This document shows, one piece after another, positions 51,089 to 64,000 of a stretch of DNA of 64,000 bases. Below the pieces are notes generated by a model. That model saw only the letters and a program-made list of their open reading frames with translations, did no database searches and was not told the DNA's origin. Where the stretch lies: positions 1,888,943-1,952,942 of the forward strand of contig MU053216.1 of NCBI GenBank assembly GCA_013239625.1, read 5' to 3'. Made by a program: the position numbers and the translations under genes. Position 1 is the first letter of the stretch; every line of letters starts with the position of its first letter. The stretch is from Lama guanicoe (taxonomy: Eukaryota).

Positions 51089-53134
51089 TCCCGAGATATT
51101 TAGAAAGGCTGAAAATTGATCAGAAGTGGTTGGTGGGTGGTTGTTTTCATTACAATAACCCACAAAGATTCCCCAAAAAAGCCATGTCCTCTTTATTTAT
51201 GAATTCTTTCCTCCAAGTGTGTTTGTCATTAAAAAAATATTTTGGATACAAAGGGACATTAACCCTTTGGTGAACTGACGAGATTTCTTAACTATTGATA
51301 CACACAGGGGGGGTTTTGTACTGATAAAGTATCAAGTATTATGCCAGCTGTGTTGTGATTCTCTGTATGGAAACTCACACTGCTAAAAGGGAGAACAGAG
51401 CAGAGTCAAATAACCTGTTTCTGGGTTCTGTTGTGCCTGTGAACATCTCCCTCACTCACTGCAGAAGGGCTGGGCACACGCTCTTAGAAAATCACCCTCA
51501 ACTGGACTCTGTGAGCACACATCTGAGACCTACCAGTTACTGTTTTTAATTCTAGTGGAACTGGACAGAATTTAAAGCAGATTCATTTCAGAAGCTGTCA
51601 AAACGGCCCACCATCTCAACACGGTCTGGCATGTGGGGCCATGTCTCGTAATTTAGTTAGCATAGTGGCCAATGGCAATGAGACAGGAGCCGGAGACCCC
51701 TGAGAGCCTGTGATATGTTGAAATTACTGGAGGTGAAGTTTTTGAACTTTTTATCTTAGGATTAGTATCACATTAAAAATTTATTGTGAAGGGTATCCAG
51801 AATACTGCACAAGACAATAGAGTTTTTCATCTGGATGATAATTTATTGAATGAGCAATTGTTTCATATCCCTGTCAAGGAGGTCTAAGTATGCACCACCA
51901 CAAGTGACTTATAGTTAAGAAAGTGTACTGTTGGAAAAAAAAAAGACTCAAATGACATCATATGCTTATCTTCTGAGTCTCCTACTAGAGTAAGCATGTA
52001 CCACACTGCTTTGCAGTTTAGAAAATAATACAGGGATTGGTAATAAATTAATAAGCATCAATTAATTCCTTTCTCAGTCTTGTCTTAAAAGCAACACTGA
52101 CTTAACAGTCTTCTTGATAACCAAAGTGGCTACTTCTCTGGGAAGCAGTCTATCAGCAATGCAGCAGGTTTATTTGAAACTTTTTGAGTGTTCCTTTCAA
52201 GGCTGAGTGCCACACAAACAGAAAAGCCCCAGACAACTAGCTTGTGCCTCATTCATCGAATAGCATGCACTGTGCATCTGGTGCACGTTGGTGATACGTA
52301 CCCCTTCCTACTACTTTCTTTGCAGTATATATTTAATCTTTGGAAAGTCAGTAGGTCAGAGGCTGAAAAACAGCAACACACCATGATAGTCCACGAACGA
52401 CAAATTATTTACAGTGGTCACCTGTTAACTTTCTGTACGTCGTAAATGCAGGGTCTACTTTTTCAACATAAAGTTTAATGTGACTTTTGGGGAACCATTC
52501 TTGTCAAACCAACACTACCGATTTAATAGTTCATTATTTTTCACGTTTCCGGCTTCTCACATTTTTTTTATTTTGCAGACTCAGTCATCATCTTAAAGAA
52601 ATGTGCTTTTCCACACTATCAAAATTGATACTCTACATGAGAAACTCCTTTTTTATAATTAAAAGCTTTAATTCTTGCTCTGGAGTCATGAATCTAGTAG
52701 TTACAATTATGACAGGCGCACTCTTGTAAAAGGATTAAAAACACACTGTTACCAGGGCGTCCTGCTCTGGAGACTTAAAGGATTTTTAAAAATATTTTCA
52801 CAAATTATTTGTATTTGTTCTCAGTTGAATCACTTTGGTCCTGCTTTCATTTAACCTGTCCTTTCATCTAACCTAAGAAATATATCTGCCCCTCAAACCA
52901 AAACAGAGGTGGGGGAGGGGAAAGCCTGGTATTAACAATTTTTTCCTAGTAGATTTCACCAGTGTTTAAATGAAACTCAGGCTATTCTGCTGACAAAACA
53001 TAAAATGATCTTACATTCCTGTCAATAGTGTTAAAAGACTAGAAAAATACTGTTACCATGTTATAAGTACAGTGTTGTTTTAAATCCTGTGTCCTTGGAG
53101 ACTTAACAGGCAGTAGTCTTTAGAAGAAACTTAC

Positions 53135-53276
53135 CTTCTAGCTTCATTCCAACACTTAGACATTTTTGAAATCGACAGTAAGGACAACGTTTTCTCTGTG
53201 TTTTGTCAATTTGGCAGTTCTGGTTTTCTATACACGTGTACCTTTTATTGTTTTGGACGGTTCGCTTAAAAAAGCC
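53135..53276 (-). CDS. NR5A2: NR5A2 exon (exon 4 equivalent): [47 protein letters not shown], second zinc finger
   Basis: Not in the ORF track, translated by hand; acceptor cttatag| at 53277-53278; donor GAAG|GTAAGT at 53134; 142 nt. Confidence 0.97.
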
Positions 53277-54765
53277 CTATAAGAGAAAAACAGCGAGACA
53301 TGTTACAAACCTAGCACCCGTCTCTTCTATTGTTTCATTTTAAGGAAATCACCAGTAAATCTTTTCATTGCGCCATTTGAGACCTTCTGTGGTTCTGTGG
53401 TGTGTTTCACTTCTAACAAGATCAGCCCTCTCGAGCAGCGCCAGGCCGTGCTGGAGGTTTTCCTGGCATCAGAGTTCTGTCTCTCAAGAATCACATCAAA
53501 TCTTGGGGAGATTTGGCTACACAGCATTTCATATCAACATTCAGAGAAAAACACTTTCTATGTTGACCAGTAATTTTTTTGGAAAAAAAAAAGTTTTCCT
53601 ATTAACCTTCCTATTCCAGGTGAAGCACTCTTAGAGAGCTGCATTGTTTTTAAGCAGCCCGATACGAGTTCAGTGGCAAACTACTGTAAAATACCAGTGG
53701 AAAAATGGAATAGCAAAAACCTCAGATTTTTTAAAATAAATGTCAACATTAGATAGTGAAAAGCAAAAGGATTTAAAGAATAAAACGGGAAAATATTTGT
53801 AATTCCACTGGAATACATTCAAGTTGGGGAACTGTGTAAAAAAAAAAAGGTGCAACTAATTGGGAAAGAAAAAATAATGTATAGCAGAGAGTTGAAATTT
53901 AGCAGAGTGTATGCCTTCCTTATATTTCATGCAAAAGAATTAATCAAATATAAAATCTGTAGCTTTATAACATAGTAACAAGTTGGATGGTGTTTTCTTT
54001 ACATTTGTCCTACTGGCCACAAAGTGAAACCATCTTACTTTGTTATAGAGAAAAAGGGGATTTTCCTGGCAGTGGTTTAAGTAATTGTACTGAGTTTTCT
54101 ACTTTTAAAAATGTTAAACAATAGGGAGTATCAAGTTTACCAGGAATATACAAAAAAGGCCTGAGATAAATCCTTAATGTATAGTTGACATTGTTAGTGG
54201 CAATATAGTACATGTGACACATTACAATTTCTTGCATTTAAACAGGTCATGTAATATACTTATGAAACCTATTTTTATAAACTTAAGGTCTGGTTTCTTA
54301 TTCTTTGTGATATAAATTTCAAAACATCTTAAAATTATTTTTGGAATAAATCAGGATGAAATCCCGCAGTTGAGAATTTAGACTTTTATGTCCGTGGATA
54401 AAAAATGTTTAGACGTGCAGCACAGAAGACTCTGAAGTTAAAATGTATTTGGGAAATACTTTGTCATCCTCCCCCTTGAGAACAACGATGCTTTAAATAT
54501 ATATAAGTCAAGCAAAATCAATATTTTGGACTGTTAGCAATAGAAGTCTTTCTACAGCTACATCACTTTACCACAATAAACTATTTTAAAGCCATGAGAC
54601 TGGCAAAGTTTTCTAAACAGCATAAATTTCTTTGCCTTGGGAATTAAATCAGACACATATTTCTAAGAATCATCTCCCTGAGACTAACTCTCTCCCTCTC
54701 TCATTTTTAATTGAGTCCAAAAAAGACAGCCTACATTTAGCTGTAAGAAGTAACCCAACAGTTTA

Positions 54766-54981
<216 letters not shown>

Positions 54982-55769
54982 TTAATCCTGCAATCAGAAG
55001 TATTGTGGTCATTGGGGGGCAAACATCACCAGGTAAAATATAAAATAAAAATGTTTGACCCAAGTGTACGGAAGAGAGCTATTCTTACACAGTGAAAGTA
55101 AAACATCTTTGGGCATCAATGAACATGCACTTTCTATTATTTTAATTTTAAAATAATTCCAGTTTCTATTGTTAAAAATCTTTTAAGCTGACCCATCTAA
55201 CACAAGCCTCCTAACTCTATAGAGCAACAAATCAGAATAGAAACATGAATTGCATAAAGAACCCAACTTAGAATTCCCTTTAAAGCTCCTCCATGCTCAA
55301 GTTCCAAAACATCACCTTTGCCTAAGGGAGAGAAAGGAACACAGGCGTTCTCCTCCCACTCTTGAGGTGAGCTGGCTCCAGCTCTAAGGATGCCCTGGGG
55401 ATAGCAACACAGATTTGCAAACACTTGATGGAGGAATGGAAGCCCCAAAACCTGCTTCTCTGCGGCCCCCTGCAACCCCAGCCTGCAGCTCCCAACGTTC
55501 AGATTAGATTAATCGAAACATTCAGTTCCGTATTGATAGGGCTCCTGAGTACTTTCATCTCCACACTTTTGAAAATCTGTAAAAATAAAAAGGAAAAGGG
55601 GAGGATGCCCGGCCGGAAAACAAACAAACAAAAACAAAAGGAAAAGAAAAAAAAAGATACACATGAGGGTTTGGTTTCCTCGCAAAGTATTGAAGTTCCT
55701 TAATGAACTTCACATGTTTCTGATCATCATTGCAAAATATAAACACCTTGAGTTCGCCCTGTTCGAGTT

Positions 55770-57950
55770 AAACAGAAATCAGGCCGCGGCTGCGCGCGGC
55801 TCCCTGCAGGGATCGGGTAACCGCCTTCCTCCGGACACAGCCCCTCGAAGGCGTCTTCGCAGCTCAAGTTCGGATGAACTGCCCAGGAGGAGCCGTGGCC
55901 AGGAGACCCCAGATAATACCTGGTCTGGTGCCTCCCAGAGACTCGGTCCACGCGGGTCAGGGCTCGGAGCGCGCGCGGCGGGGTCGGACGGCACAGATCC
56001 GCGCAGCCCGGCCGCCGCCCGAACCCTCCGGGCACCTCCGTGAAACTCCGGGGCGCAGTCGCCTCTCGCCCCTTGCTCAACTTTCGGCTACACACAGGCG
56101 CACAAACGCCAAGTCAAGTTTGTTTTATTTTAATCAGTGGCGTTTGCGGGGGGCGGGGCGGGGGGATGGGGGAAGCCCAGGGCCGGGCAGAAGTTTCCTC
56201 TGATTTGTTTACCGAAAAGGAAAGGGAGAAAGAGCCCCCACTCCATCCCCAAAGTACCCGGCCACTCTGTCACCACATTGGCTGCCTTGCCGACGATTTC
56301 CTTGCTAAAGGTTTTCTTTACGGATTATGGGGGCCTCTGGACACGGCCTTCGGGGTGGGGGTCACTTGCAGCGCTCCTCGGCTGAGGGCCCAGCCCTGGC
56401 CCGCAGAGTGGGGCCAGCTCTCCCGGAGACACGGAGCCCTGGGCTGGGGCAGAAATCGGAGTGAGTGAGCCAGAGTTGTGGGATTCGAGGGTCGGGGGGT
56501 GGAGGTGGAGAGCTCCTGGGAAAAGATGTTCCAGCAGAGGCAGGCCCCTGGGCTCCGTGAAATAGAAATAAAGAGATGCCTGCCCGAGTCCCAGCCCTGA
56601 GGGGTCCGAGATGGGGTTCGGGGAACCTGGGGGCTTGGGAGAGGCTGAGGGTTCCAGAAGTTTGTAACCCCATCCCTCCTAAAGCTGTGACTGTTGTCTT
56701 GAGGCACATTTTAGGGACAGGAAAAAAGTGTGCTTGACTAAGTGTTCTTTCCTACCTCCCCCTTTCCCCAACGAAGTCAGCTCTAACTCCGCACCCGAGG
56801 GGTCCACAGGGGCGACCGTTCACAGGGAAGCCGTGCGTGCCTCGGGGATCCAACACTGAAGAGACCGAGGCTGGGGACCCTCTTGGAAAATTCAAAGACA
56901 GACGCCGACACCGACGCCACTGTGCGAGACTGGGGCGTCCTGCTGTCTCCCAGGGGCTATAACCCAAGTCAGCGTTTGGGGAACCGAATCCGTAGGGGAT
57001 TGAGACAGTAGAGGAGACCATGCGGCCTTGGAAAGCTAAGGCCGCAGCAGCACGCGGAGAAGTTCCCCCGACTGTCCTGGAACCCAGAAGCTTGGGAGTG
57101 GGGTCCCCGTCCCCAGGGGCTCCTCTCGAGCCACAAGCTGCGTGGCCTGGAGGAAGCAGCGCCTGGGCGCTTCCCACGCCGCTTCCCACCCTCGCCTGAG
57201 CAAGCGGCCGGCGGCTTCTCCGAGCCCTGGGCACCAGTGAAAGCCACCGTTCTGCTTTGGGGCGGTAGGTGGTGTCAACAATACTCCTCTCGGATTTTAC
57301 GAAAAAAATACTGCACTGGCATTTCCCTCCCACCTTCCCCCAGACCCTTACTCTGGCCTCTCCCACCTCCTGCTCCAGCTTCTCCCGCACGTTTTTTCCC
57401 CGAGTCGCTCAGAAACGCGCGCGCTGTAAGGAGAAACTTTCCTTTGGAACCAAGGATCTCGCCGGCCTCAAGGGAGCCCAAAGGAGAGGCTTTCTCGGCA
57501 CTTGTCCAAAGAGGGTCCCGTTGCAGCTCCGCGTCCCCTAGGCTCCCTTTCGCGCAGTCCCAGGTGAGAGCGGAAAAGCCTCTTTGGGTCAACCGGGTTC
57601 CCCCGGAAGCCAACCCACGAGTTAGACTCGGGCCTCGGCCCCAGAGGACTTGCACGGCCCTCCCTAGAGGCTTGGAGAGACTCCGGGTCCCAAGAGGAGT
57701 CCCACCCGCAGGACGCACGCCTTCCCGCCGCCCCCTCTGCCCTGTGCAGCCGGGCGACCTCAGGCCCCGGCCCAGCGCCGCGGGCGCACCGCCTCTCCCG
57801 CACTGCCGCCGCGTGCACCAGACCTGAACTCTGCTCTCCACGCCTCCCCGGCCCTTTCAAGTTCGCTCAAGGGGATGGCAGGAAGCGTTCCGGGATCAGA
57901 GGCCCGCCTGCCCGCACATCCTGCGCGCTGGAAGGGGTGAGGAGGGAAGA
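55770..57950. promoter_or_regulatory. CpG-rich region(s) in the intron between the exon 2 and exon 3 equivalents; possible alternative promoter
   Basis: Dense CpG at 55780-56170 and 56800-57950, contrasting with the AT-rich sequence below 55750. Confidence 0.55.
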
Positions 57951-58772
57951 GCGCCGGTGACTTTTCCTAGCATTGTTCCCACCCCGGCCCAGAGCAACTG
58001 CGATAAACTTCTGAAAGGCTTAAGAGGCCTAGATCTAGAGTCTCTTATTTTGTTATGCGGGCGAAAATCTAGCCTGAGGGATTTGCTTTTGTTGTTGTTC
58101 CCGTTAGCAATCGAGAGCTGGGAAAAACAAATCGGACTTCAGATCCCCAGCTCTCAGACAGGAGAGGAATGGAGCAAAACGGCGCCCCCGCCCTGCACTC
58201 ACCGCGCAGGGCCCAGCCGCAGGATGGGCTGGGGGTAACTCTGGTTCTCTCCAGTCCTTCCTGAGGGTATCAAGTGGTGCCAACTGGAGCCGGTTCCCAG
58301 TGCGCGCCTGGGCTTTGGGATGCCCACCAGTTCTAACACGGCTTAGCCAGCTTTCCCCGAGGTAGAGGGTCCCTCCTCCACTCAAGAGCACTGGTTCCAG
58401 CTCCCACCGGTTCCAACGATGGGGAACCTGCTCGGGTTTCCAGGGAGACAGTCCATTTCTCCGAATGCTCTTACTATTATAAAGCATCTCTAGCCTGAAA
58501 CTACCCCGCTCTGGTATCTAAAAAGCTCAAAGTTTCTCTTAATTAGAAGCGGCCAATTAGGCATTGCTTGGAAAATCTCCACCCAGCATTGTTCAAGAGC
58601 CATAAACTTTTATGCCTATCTCTGGGGAGGGGGGCTGCCGCCCGCGCGCGCACTGCCTCGCAGTCCCGCAGCGGCAAGCGTCCAGCCCCGCGCGGAACGG
58701 GCGGCTGCAGCCCGCAGGGTAAGCCCGGGGCGGGAGAGCCGCGGGACGCGAGCGCCGCGAGCGCCTCCTTAC

Positions 58773-58854
58773 CTTGCATGTTTTCCGGCATCTGCCCCTG
58801 TTCCCCATGCGACCGAGCCAGTCCCAGGGCTTCCGTCTCCACTTTGGGCAGCAT
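58773..58854 (-). CDS. NR5A2: NR5A2 coding segment from the internal ATG (MLPKVETEALGLARSHGEQGQMPENMQ); similarity to human exon 2 extends upstream to 58910 (GAGLPDRHGPPTPARGRLV)
   Basis: ATG at 58854-58852; donor CAAG|GTAAGG at 58772; phase 1 matches the next exon (G|TG = Val). Confidence 0.9.
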
Positions 58855-59214
58855 GACAAGGCGGCCGCGGGCCGGGGTAGGGGGTCCGTGTCGGTCCGGA
58901 AGCCCAGCACCCGGACACGGGCGGCACAGATTCAACTCCGGAGGGAAGAAGGAGGGGGCGGCCGGCTGGCTGCTCCCTCGCCCGCTCTCTGGAGCGCGCC
59001 TCCGCCGCCTCCGGGGCTGCGCTCAAGACCCCGAGTCCCGTCCAGTCTCGCAGCGCCCGAGCCGCGGCGAGGAGGAGGAGGAAGCGGGCTGAGAGCGAAG
59101 ACCGCGTCCGGGCGCCAAGGTCGGGCTCGGCGAGGCCGCAGCTGCCCGGGGCGCGGATGCGCGGACGGCCGGGCTCCCGGCGCGCAGAGGAGGCGGCGGT
59201 CGAGCTGCTGTCCT

Positions 59215-59235
59215 GCCGCCGCCGCCGCCGCCGCC
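59215..59235. repeat. (GCC)7 trinucleotide repeat, (GGC)7 on the gene strand
   Basis: Read directly from the sequence. Confidence 0.95.
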
Positions 59236-61549
59236 GCGGCGGTGCCGGTGCCGCTGCTCCCGGACGGCTCGGCGCGGGCGACCCCCGCCCTCCCTCCGCC
59301 GCGCTCCGCTCGGAAGCGGCAGGGTCTCAGTCTCGCGCGCTCTCTGGCCTCACTCTCCTCTCCGCCCCTTCCCCGTCTCCGCTTCCCTCCGCTCGCTGCA
59401 AGCGCTGAGTTAAGAAGTTCCAGCCTCCCTCTGCTGCTTCGTCTGCCGGCGCCTGACGGAGAGCAGTCCTCTCCAGCTCCGAGGGCGCCCGGGGAGGAAG
59501 GGGGAGGAAGAGGAGGAGAAGGGAGGTAAGTAGGGCCGGGGTAAGGGGAAGGCTGGGAAGAGGGGTGATGACAGTGAATGGGGACGCGGGTTCCGGGCTT
59601 GGGTCGGACACCAGACGCCAGCCAATGAGGACGAGGCGCAGGCTCCGGTCCCCTCGCCTGCCCCAACCTCTTCACCCCGCCTCGCCCCCTCCCACCCCTC
59701 TCTGGCCCGGGGCGGGGGATGCGAGCGCGGCGGGGCTTACAGCGGGCGAGAGGCGACCTCTGTCTGAACGCGGCGGCCAAGGAGGGGAAGCTGGTGCGGA
59801 GACTGCGGCTCGCGCAGGGGAAGCCAGCGGGACGGGGGTGGGAGTGGGGATGGGCGCGCCCCCGGTGTGCGTCGGTGAGGGGCAGCACGAAGAGTTAAAC
59901 ACACATTAAAACAACCTAGAAAAGAGGAGCTAACCTGCTCTCAAGGGTGTCTCCACCTCACTCCTCTCGGCACTCAGCCCCCGCGACCCCGGGAGCGGCC
60001 GAGCTCGAAGCGCGGCTCACCTGCTCCCCCGGGGGGTACGGGGGCAGCCGTGTGGCCGCAAGTTCCCTCACTTGTTGGGAATTGGAACAGCTAACCCCGT
60101 TTCCCCACCCTTCCCCAGTGCCTGGGCTCACTTATATGCACCATCCCCTTCCTCGAGCCCAAGATTATCTTGGCGGCGGACTTCCTAAGTTTGCGTGAAC
60201 TGCGTTTTCATTTAGAATGCGGAGATGCGTCTGGGCTTTCCTTTTTTCATTCTGGTCTCTTGGGTGGGACCAGCCACATGAGGCCCAGAGGGCCGGCACT
60301 TTAAAAAGTTTTAAAGAACCATCTGTTATGCAAGCTTTTCAGCCACCAGCGCAGCCCCACCTTCTAAGTTTTCAGATCTCATCCCAGCAAGATGAAAACA
60401 TCTCCCCAGCCTCCCGACTGCACGCGAAATGCCTTATATTCAGTGTCTGCTGTGCGGCCTGGCGATTATCAGAGTCCACCCACAAGGGGCTGAATTTGAA
60501 TCTCAAAAGCTCTGAATTTATTCTATTTGAATGGCGTAGAGATCACACATTCAAACTGCCGGGTCCAGTATTTGATGAACTGAAAAATACTCCGATCATT
60601 GTCATGCCTAACCTATGGTTTTATCCGGAAGGAGTTCCTCCTCTACCCGTGCCTGGCCACACTGCTGCCTCTCTAAACTGGTTGTTACTTTGCTCTTCAG
60701 TATCTAGTATTCAGAATCCAAGTTCAAATTTAAACTTTAAAAATCTGTTTTAGTAGCATCTGCAGGTTTCATGAAAACATCTCAACTTGGTGGGTTGGCT
60801 GCCCATTAGTTTGTGAAGAGGAGGGGGCTGAGTTTGCCCAGATTAGTGGCCCTTAAGATGCTCAGATGTTGGTGACAGTATCAAGCAACATTCATTTATT
60901 CTCAGTGTTCCTAGTTTTCAGTATCTTCGTGAATTAAGTTCAGAAAGGGAGTAAGTCTCGGAGCTCAAATCAGTGCTCACAGGGCTTGACTTGTGGGTTC
61001 AGATGAACTTTGGGAATAAGTTGATTACAAAGCCTTCATGTAAGAACCACCCCCTCCCACGGTAATCAAGGAGCCTATGGGCGCCTTCCCAGCCCCAGGC
61101 AGACAGCTCAGGGGCCCGGTGCTGCCCTCGGTTGGGGAGAGAAGGCCCTCTGGCTGGTAGAGCAGGAGGAAGAGGTTAAGGAGAGTCAGAAGTAGACACA
61201 GGGACTGCCAGGACCCCCTAATTGCAGTGTGGCACACATTTTACCGGCTCTCGAGGCTGAGCCTGACTTGGCTGGTGGCAAACTTCGTGATCACGTTCAT
61301 AACCCGGCCTCAACCCCAGAAGGGACCTGTTTAAGCCACACTGGTGTCTTCATTCTAGGCCAGTCTGCCTTCCCATCAGACCCCCAAAGACCTGGAGGGA
61401 TGGTGATAAAGGACTAGCTGGCATCCATGTGGCTTCCTCACAAAAGACAGCGGCAACGGGGGAGAAAGGGGGTTGGGGTCAATGTTTTAAAAACCCGCCC
61501 TTTTTAAAAGAGCCCACAGTTGACTCAGAGGAAAGGTCCGAAGCTTTCT

Positions 61550-63030
61550 GCCTGCTTTGAAGCGCCAGTGCAGGCAGGCGGCCCTGCTTAGTAAGATGCG
61601 AGCCCTGTTCCAGGCGCCGAGATTGCGGAGGTCTCACGCCGAGAGAAAGCTTCCTCTGCTTAGAAATGGAGCCCTCGGTGCTGCAGGCCTCCAGTTCCAG
61701 GAACGGAAGGGCTCCCGAGGGCCACAGCCATCCGGATCCCCTCGGGGTATCTCGAAACCCCGCCTCGTCCACCGAAATCTCCCACAGGAGAGACCCGAGG
61801 GTCCAGTCCACTTTCCCCGGGCGCTCCGCGTGGGGTTTAGGGGAGCAGCGGAGTCCGCAACCCTGGGGCAGAGGCCGAGGAAGGGGCGGCGGTACCTGGC
61901 TTCGGACGCGCGCTCGTTACCGCCCTCGGCCAAGCGCACCCTTTCCGCACTGGAGCCCTGTGACCCGGGGTGGGCTGGGCTCCCAAGAACACCCTCGGGG
62001 AAGGGTGGCGGCGGCGGAGGTGCCCGAGCCCGCCGCGGGGCCGGGTCGGTCGCCTGGGGATGGTTGTAGGTGGCAGAGGCCGCAGCACGAGGTAGGGGGG
62101 CCAAGCGGACCCCAGGAGGGGAAGCAGATGAGATGGGGGTGGGGGAGCAGGGTCTGTGTGGCTGAAACGTCGATGCTGGCGGTGGTCTGCACTCCCAGAA
62201 AGATACACCCACCGCCTTGGAATGATAAAGCCCCCGCAGGCGGGCCGACGCCTCCCATCCTCGGCGGGGCCGTCTCACCCACCGCCTCTTAGGGGAGGCA
62301 CACTGAAGAATCCACCCCAGCTGCGGGAAGTGTAACAGGTGGGGGCCGGAGACGGGAACCCGGGGGGCCCGGAGAGGCAGCTCCGGCTTCGGCTGCCGTG
62401 CGCCTCCTCAGTTTCCTCCCTGTTCTCCTGCCAAGCCCTGGCAAACTTCGCTCCCTTTCCCCGCCACGTCCCCCACGCCCCCACCTTCTTTCCTACGAGG
62501 CTGGTCTCCAGGCTCGTCCTTCCCGGCTCTGACTTTGTCTTAAAGCGTTGATTGACGGTTGCAATTACAAAGGATGATGGCTTGGGGAGGCTCCCGCAGC
62601 CTTGATGAGCCCAAGAAGACAGTTCTGGCATATTTTATCCGGGCTCAGCGTCACGGGCCGTGCGCCCCATCCACCCGCGGGCAGGGGCTGAGGAGATCTG
62701 GGCCTCCCCGCCCGCGAGGAGGTCACTGCCTTGCTCTCCCGCCTCCGCCTTCCCGCGCCTCCGCGCCGCGCTCCCGAGCGCGCGCCTGGAACAGCCTGCC
62801 CTTGACCTGACCTGGGGGGAGGGGTGTCGGTCGGCCCCGCGCACTTCCCGCGTGCAGTCTGCAAAGGCACAAAGTGTCAAGACTTTGAGGACAGGTTCGA
62901 GTTTCCTGGGCTCAGCAAACACAGGTCCCCGGAAGCACAGCGTGGAAGACCCTCGCCTCCCGCGCGCCCGGGTGGGAAGCCTCGCACCACCCAGCCAGCC
63001 TCGCACGACGCTTGCCCGTCCACATCCTTG
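61550..63030. promoter_or_regulatory. Upstream CpG island
   Basis: High GC and CpG density; the overlapping ORFs are low-complexity Pro/Arg/Gly/Ala strings. Confidence 0.6.
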
Positions 63031-64000
63031 CAAACAATTTCGAAGGCCTCCTCCATGACTACTTGGTGCTTTCGAGAGACCAGAACACATTTCTCGTAGC
63101 ACGTGTGTACTTTTCGGCCCCAGAGGAAGCTTAGACACTTTTATCCCCTCCAGAAAGTCTCCACCACCAGGCCGAGAGAGCCCGAGGGCAAAGAGAAGCT
63201 GGTTTACTGGTCTCCTGAAACTTGGACTCTGCCTAATTTTTCGCCCCCCCCCGAAAAGCCCACCGTAAGCCATTTTTGTATTTCTCTGAAAATTAAGTTT
63301 AGTAAGAACAGAGTTTCGCTCCTGAGCTCGGGGGGGGGGTGGGCTCTCCGCCCCTGCCTCTAGGCGAATATTTCACTGCAGACATAAATTACCAAAGAGC
63401 ATCAAATTGGCCGAACCTTTCAAAAAATAAACTTGAATAGGTGAGAAGTCGTGTCATGTTAAAAAAAAATCCCTTCGCCAATTACTACTTCAGACCTCCT
63501 CAGCAACAGTGTCGAGGGCGGTAGGGAGAACTGCCGCCAGTTTAGACACTGCGCCCTGGACGAGGTGGCCCGGGGACGGCGAGGGAACCACATTCACGCC
63601 GGAAGTATCTTAGTTTACCACGCCCCGTCTTCACCCACCAGAAGATGCAAGGTGATGCAGTTATCTGGGTAATCCAGACTCCTCCCCGCCTCCCCCAAAA
63701 CAAACTCCCATCCTAGCCCTGAAGGAAAGTTTGGCCTCAATGATTGGAATCTGCAGCTCTCGCTAATAAGGCTTCGCTGTGGAACTTCTGGACTTCATTT
63801 TCTTTGGGGCAAATTGCCCCAGCCCAGGGGTCCAGGCACGTCCCACCTTGGGAGGGCCGGTGCCCTTTGAAGTGAACAGGGAGATCCGGTCTTAGAAAGG
63901 AGCTGGCGGGGAAATAATCTTGGGTAGGTGGTCCAATCTAATCTATCTCTTCCTCTCTGTAATTGAAATGGAGATGGAAGTCAGCTCCAACTCAGAACTG

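Larger units (their letters stand above)
58630..60060. promoter_or_regulatory. CpG island and probable internal promoter of NR5A2 upstream of the MLPKVE exon
   Basis: Very high GC and CpG density; CCAAT box (AGCCAATGAG ~59620-59629); GC box (GGGGCGGGG ~59709); (GCC)7. Confidence 0.75.

Noticed and set aside
56750..63300. Long overlapping ORFs of 170-318 aa (e.g. 58932-59888, 58774-59529, 61634-62278)
   Set aside because: Pro/Arg/Gly/Ala-rich products of stop-poor CpG-island DNA, open in several frames at once, with no recognisable domain.
60100..64000. Search for the distal first coding exon (human MSSNSDTGDL...)
   Set aside because: No matching peptide was found in this interval; it probably lies beyond the right edge of the window.

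Overview
Mammalian genomic DNA, very probably camelid (alpaca/camel-like, inferred from about ten tRNA-Ala-derived SINEs of the Vic-1 type). The window holds the central part of the nuclear receptor gene NR5A2 (LRH-1) on the minus strand. Five coding exons (equivalent to human exons 2-6) lie at 58773-58854, 54814-54932, 53135-53276, 50124-50770 and 743-862. They join in one open frame of 370 codons covering the N-terminus, both C4 zinc fingers, the Ftz-F1 box, the hinge and the first half of the ligand-binding domain. A ~49 kb intron fills most of the window with SINEs, 5'-truncated L1s, LTRs and MIR/L2/DNA-transposon relics, and CpG islands cover 55.8-63 kb. The last exons lie off the left edge and the distal first exon is not seen. 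I found no evidence for a wholly new multi-gene system. The most notable anomalies are: (1) a near-100% GC3 stretch in exon 5 with a cluster of GC-ward amino-acid changes, suggesting GC-biased gene conversion; (2) no canonical GT donor at the end of exon 5; (3) no AG acceptor where human exon 2 should begin; (4) a ~290 bp direct duplication with an 86 bp identical block flanking an inverted SINE pair; (5) a 5'-inverted L1 with a very large internal gap. Comparisons with human NR5A2 are from memory and repeat boundaries are approximate.
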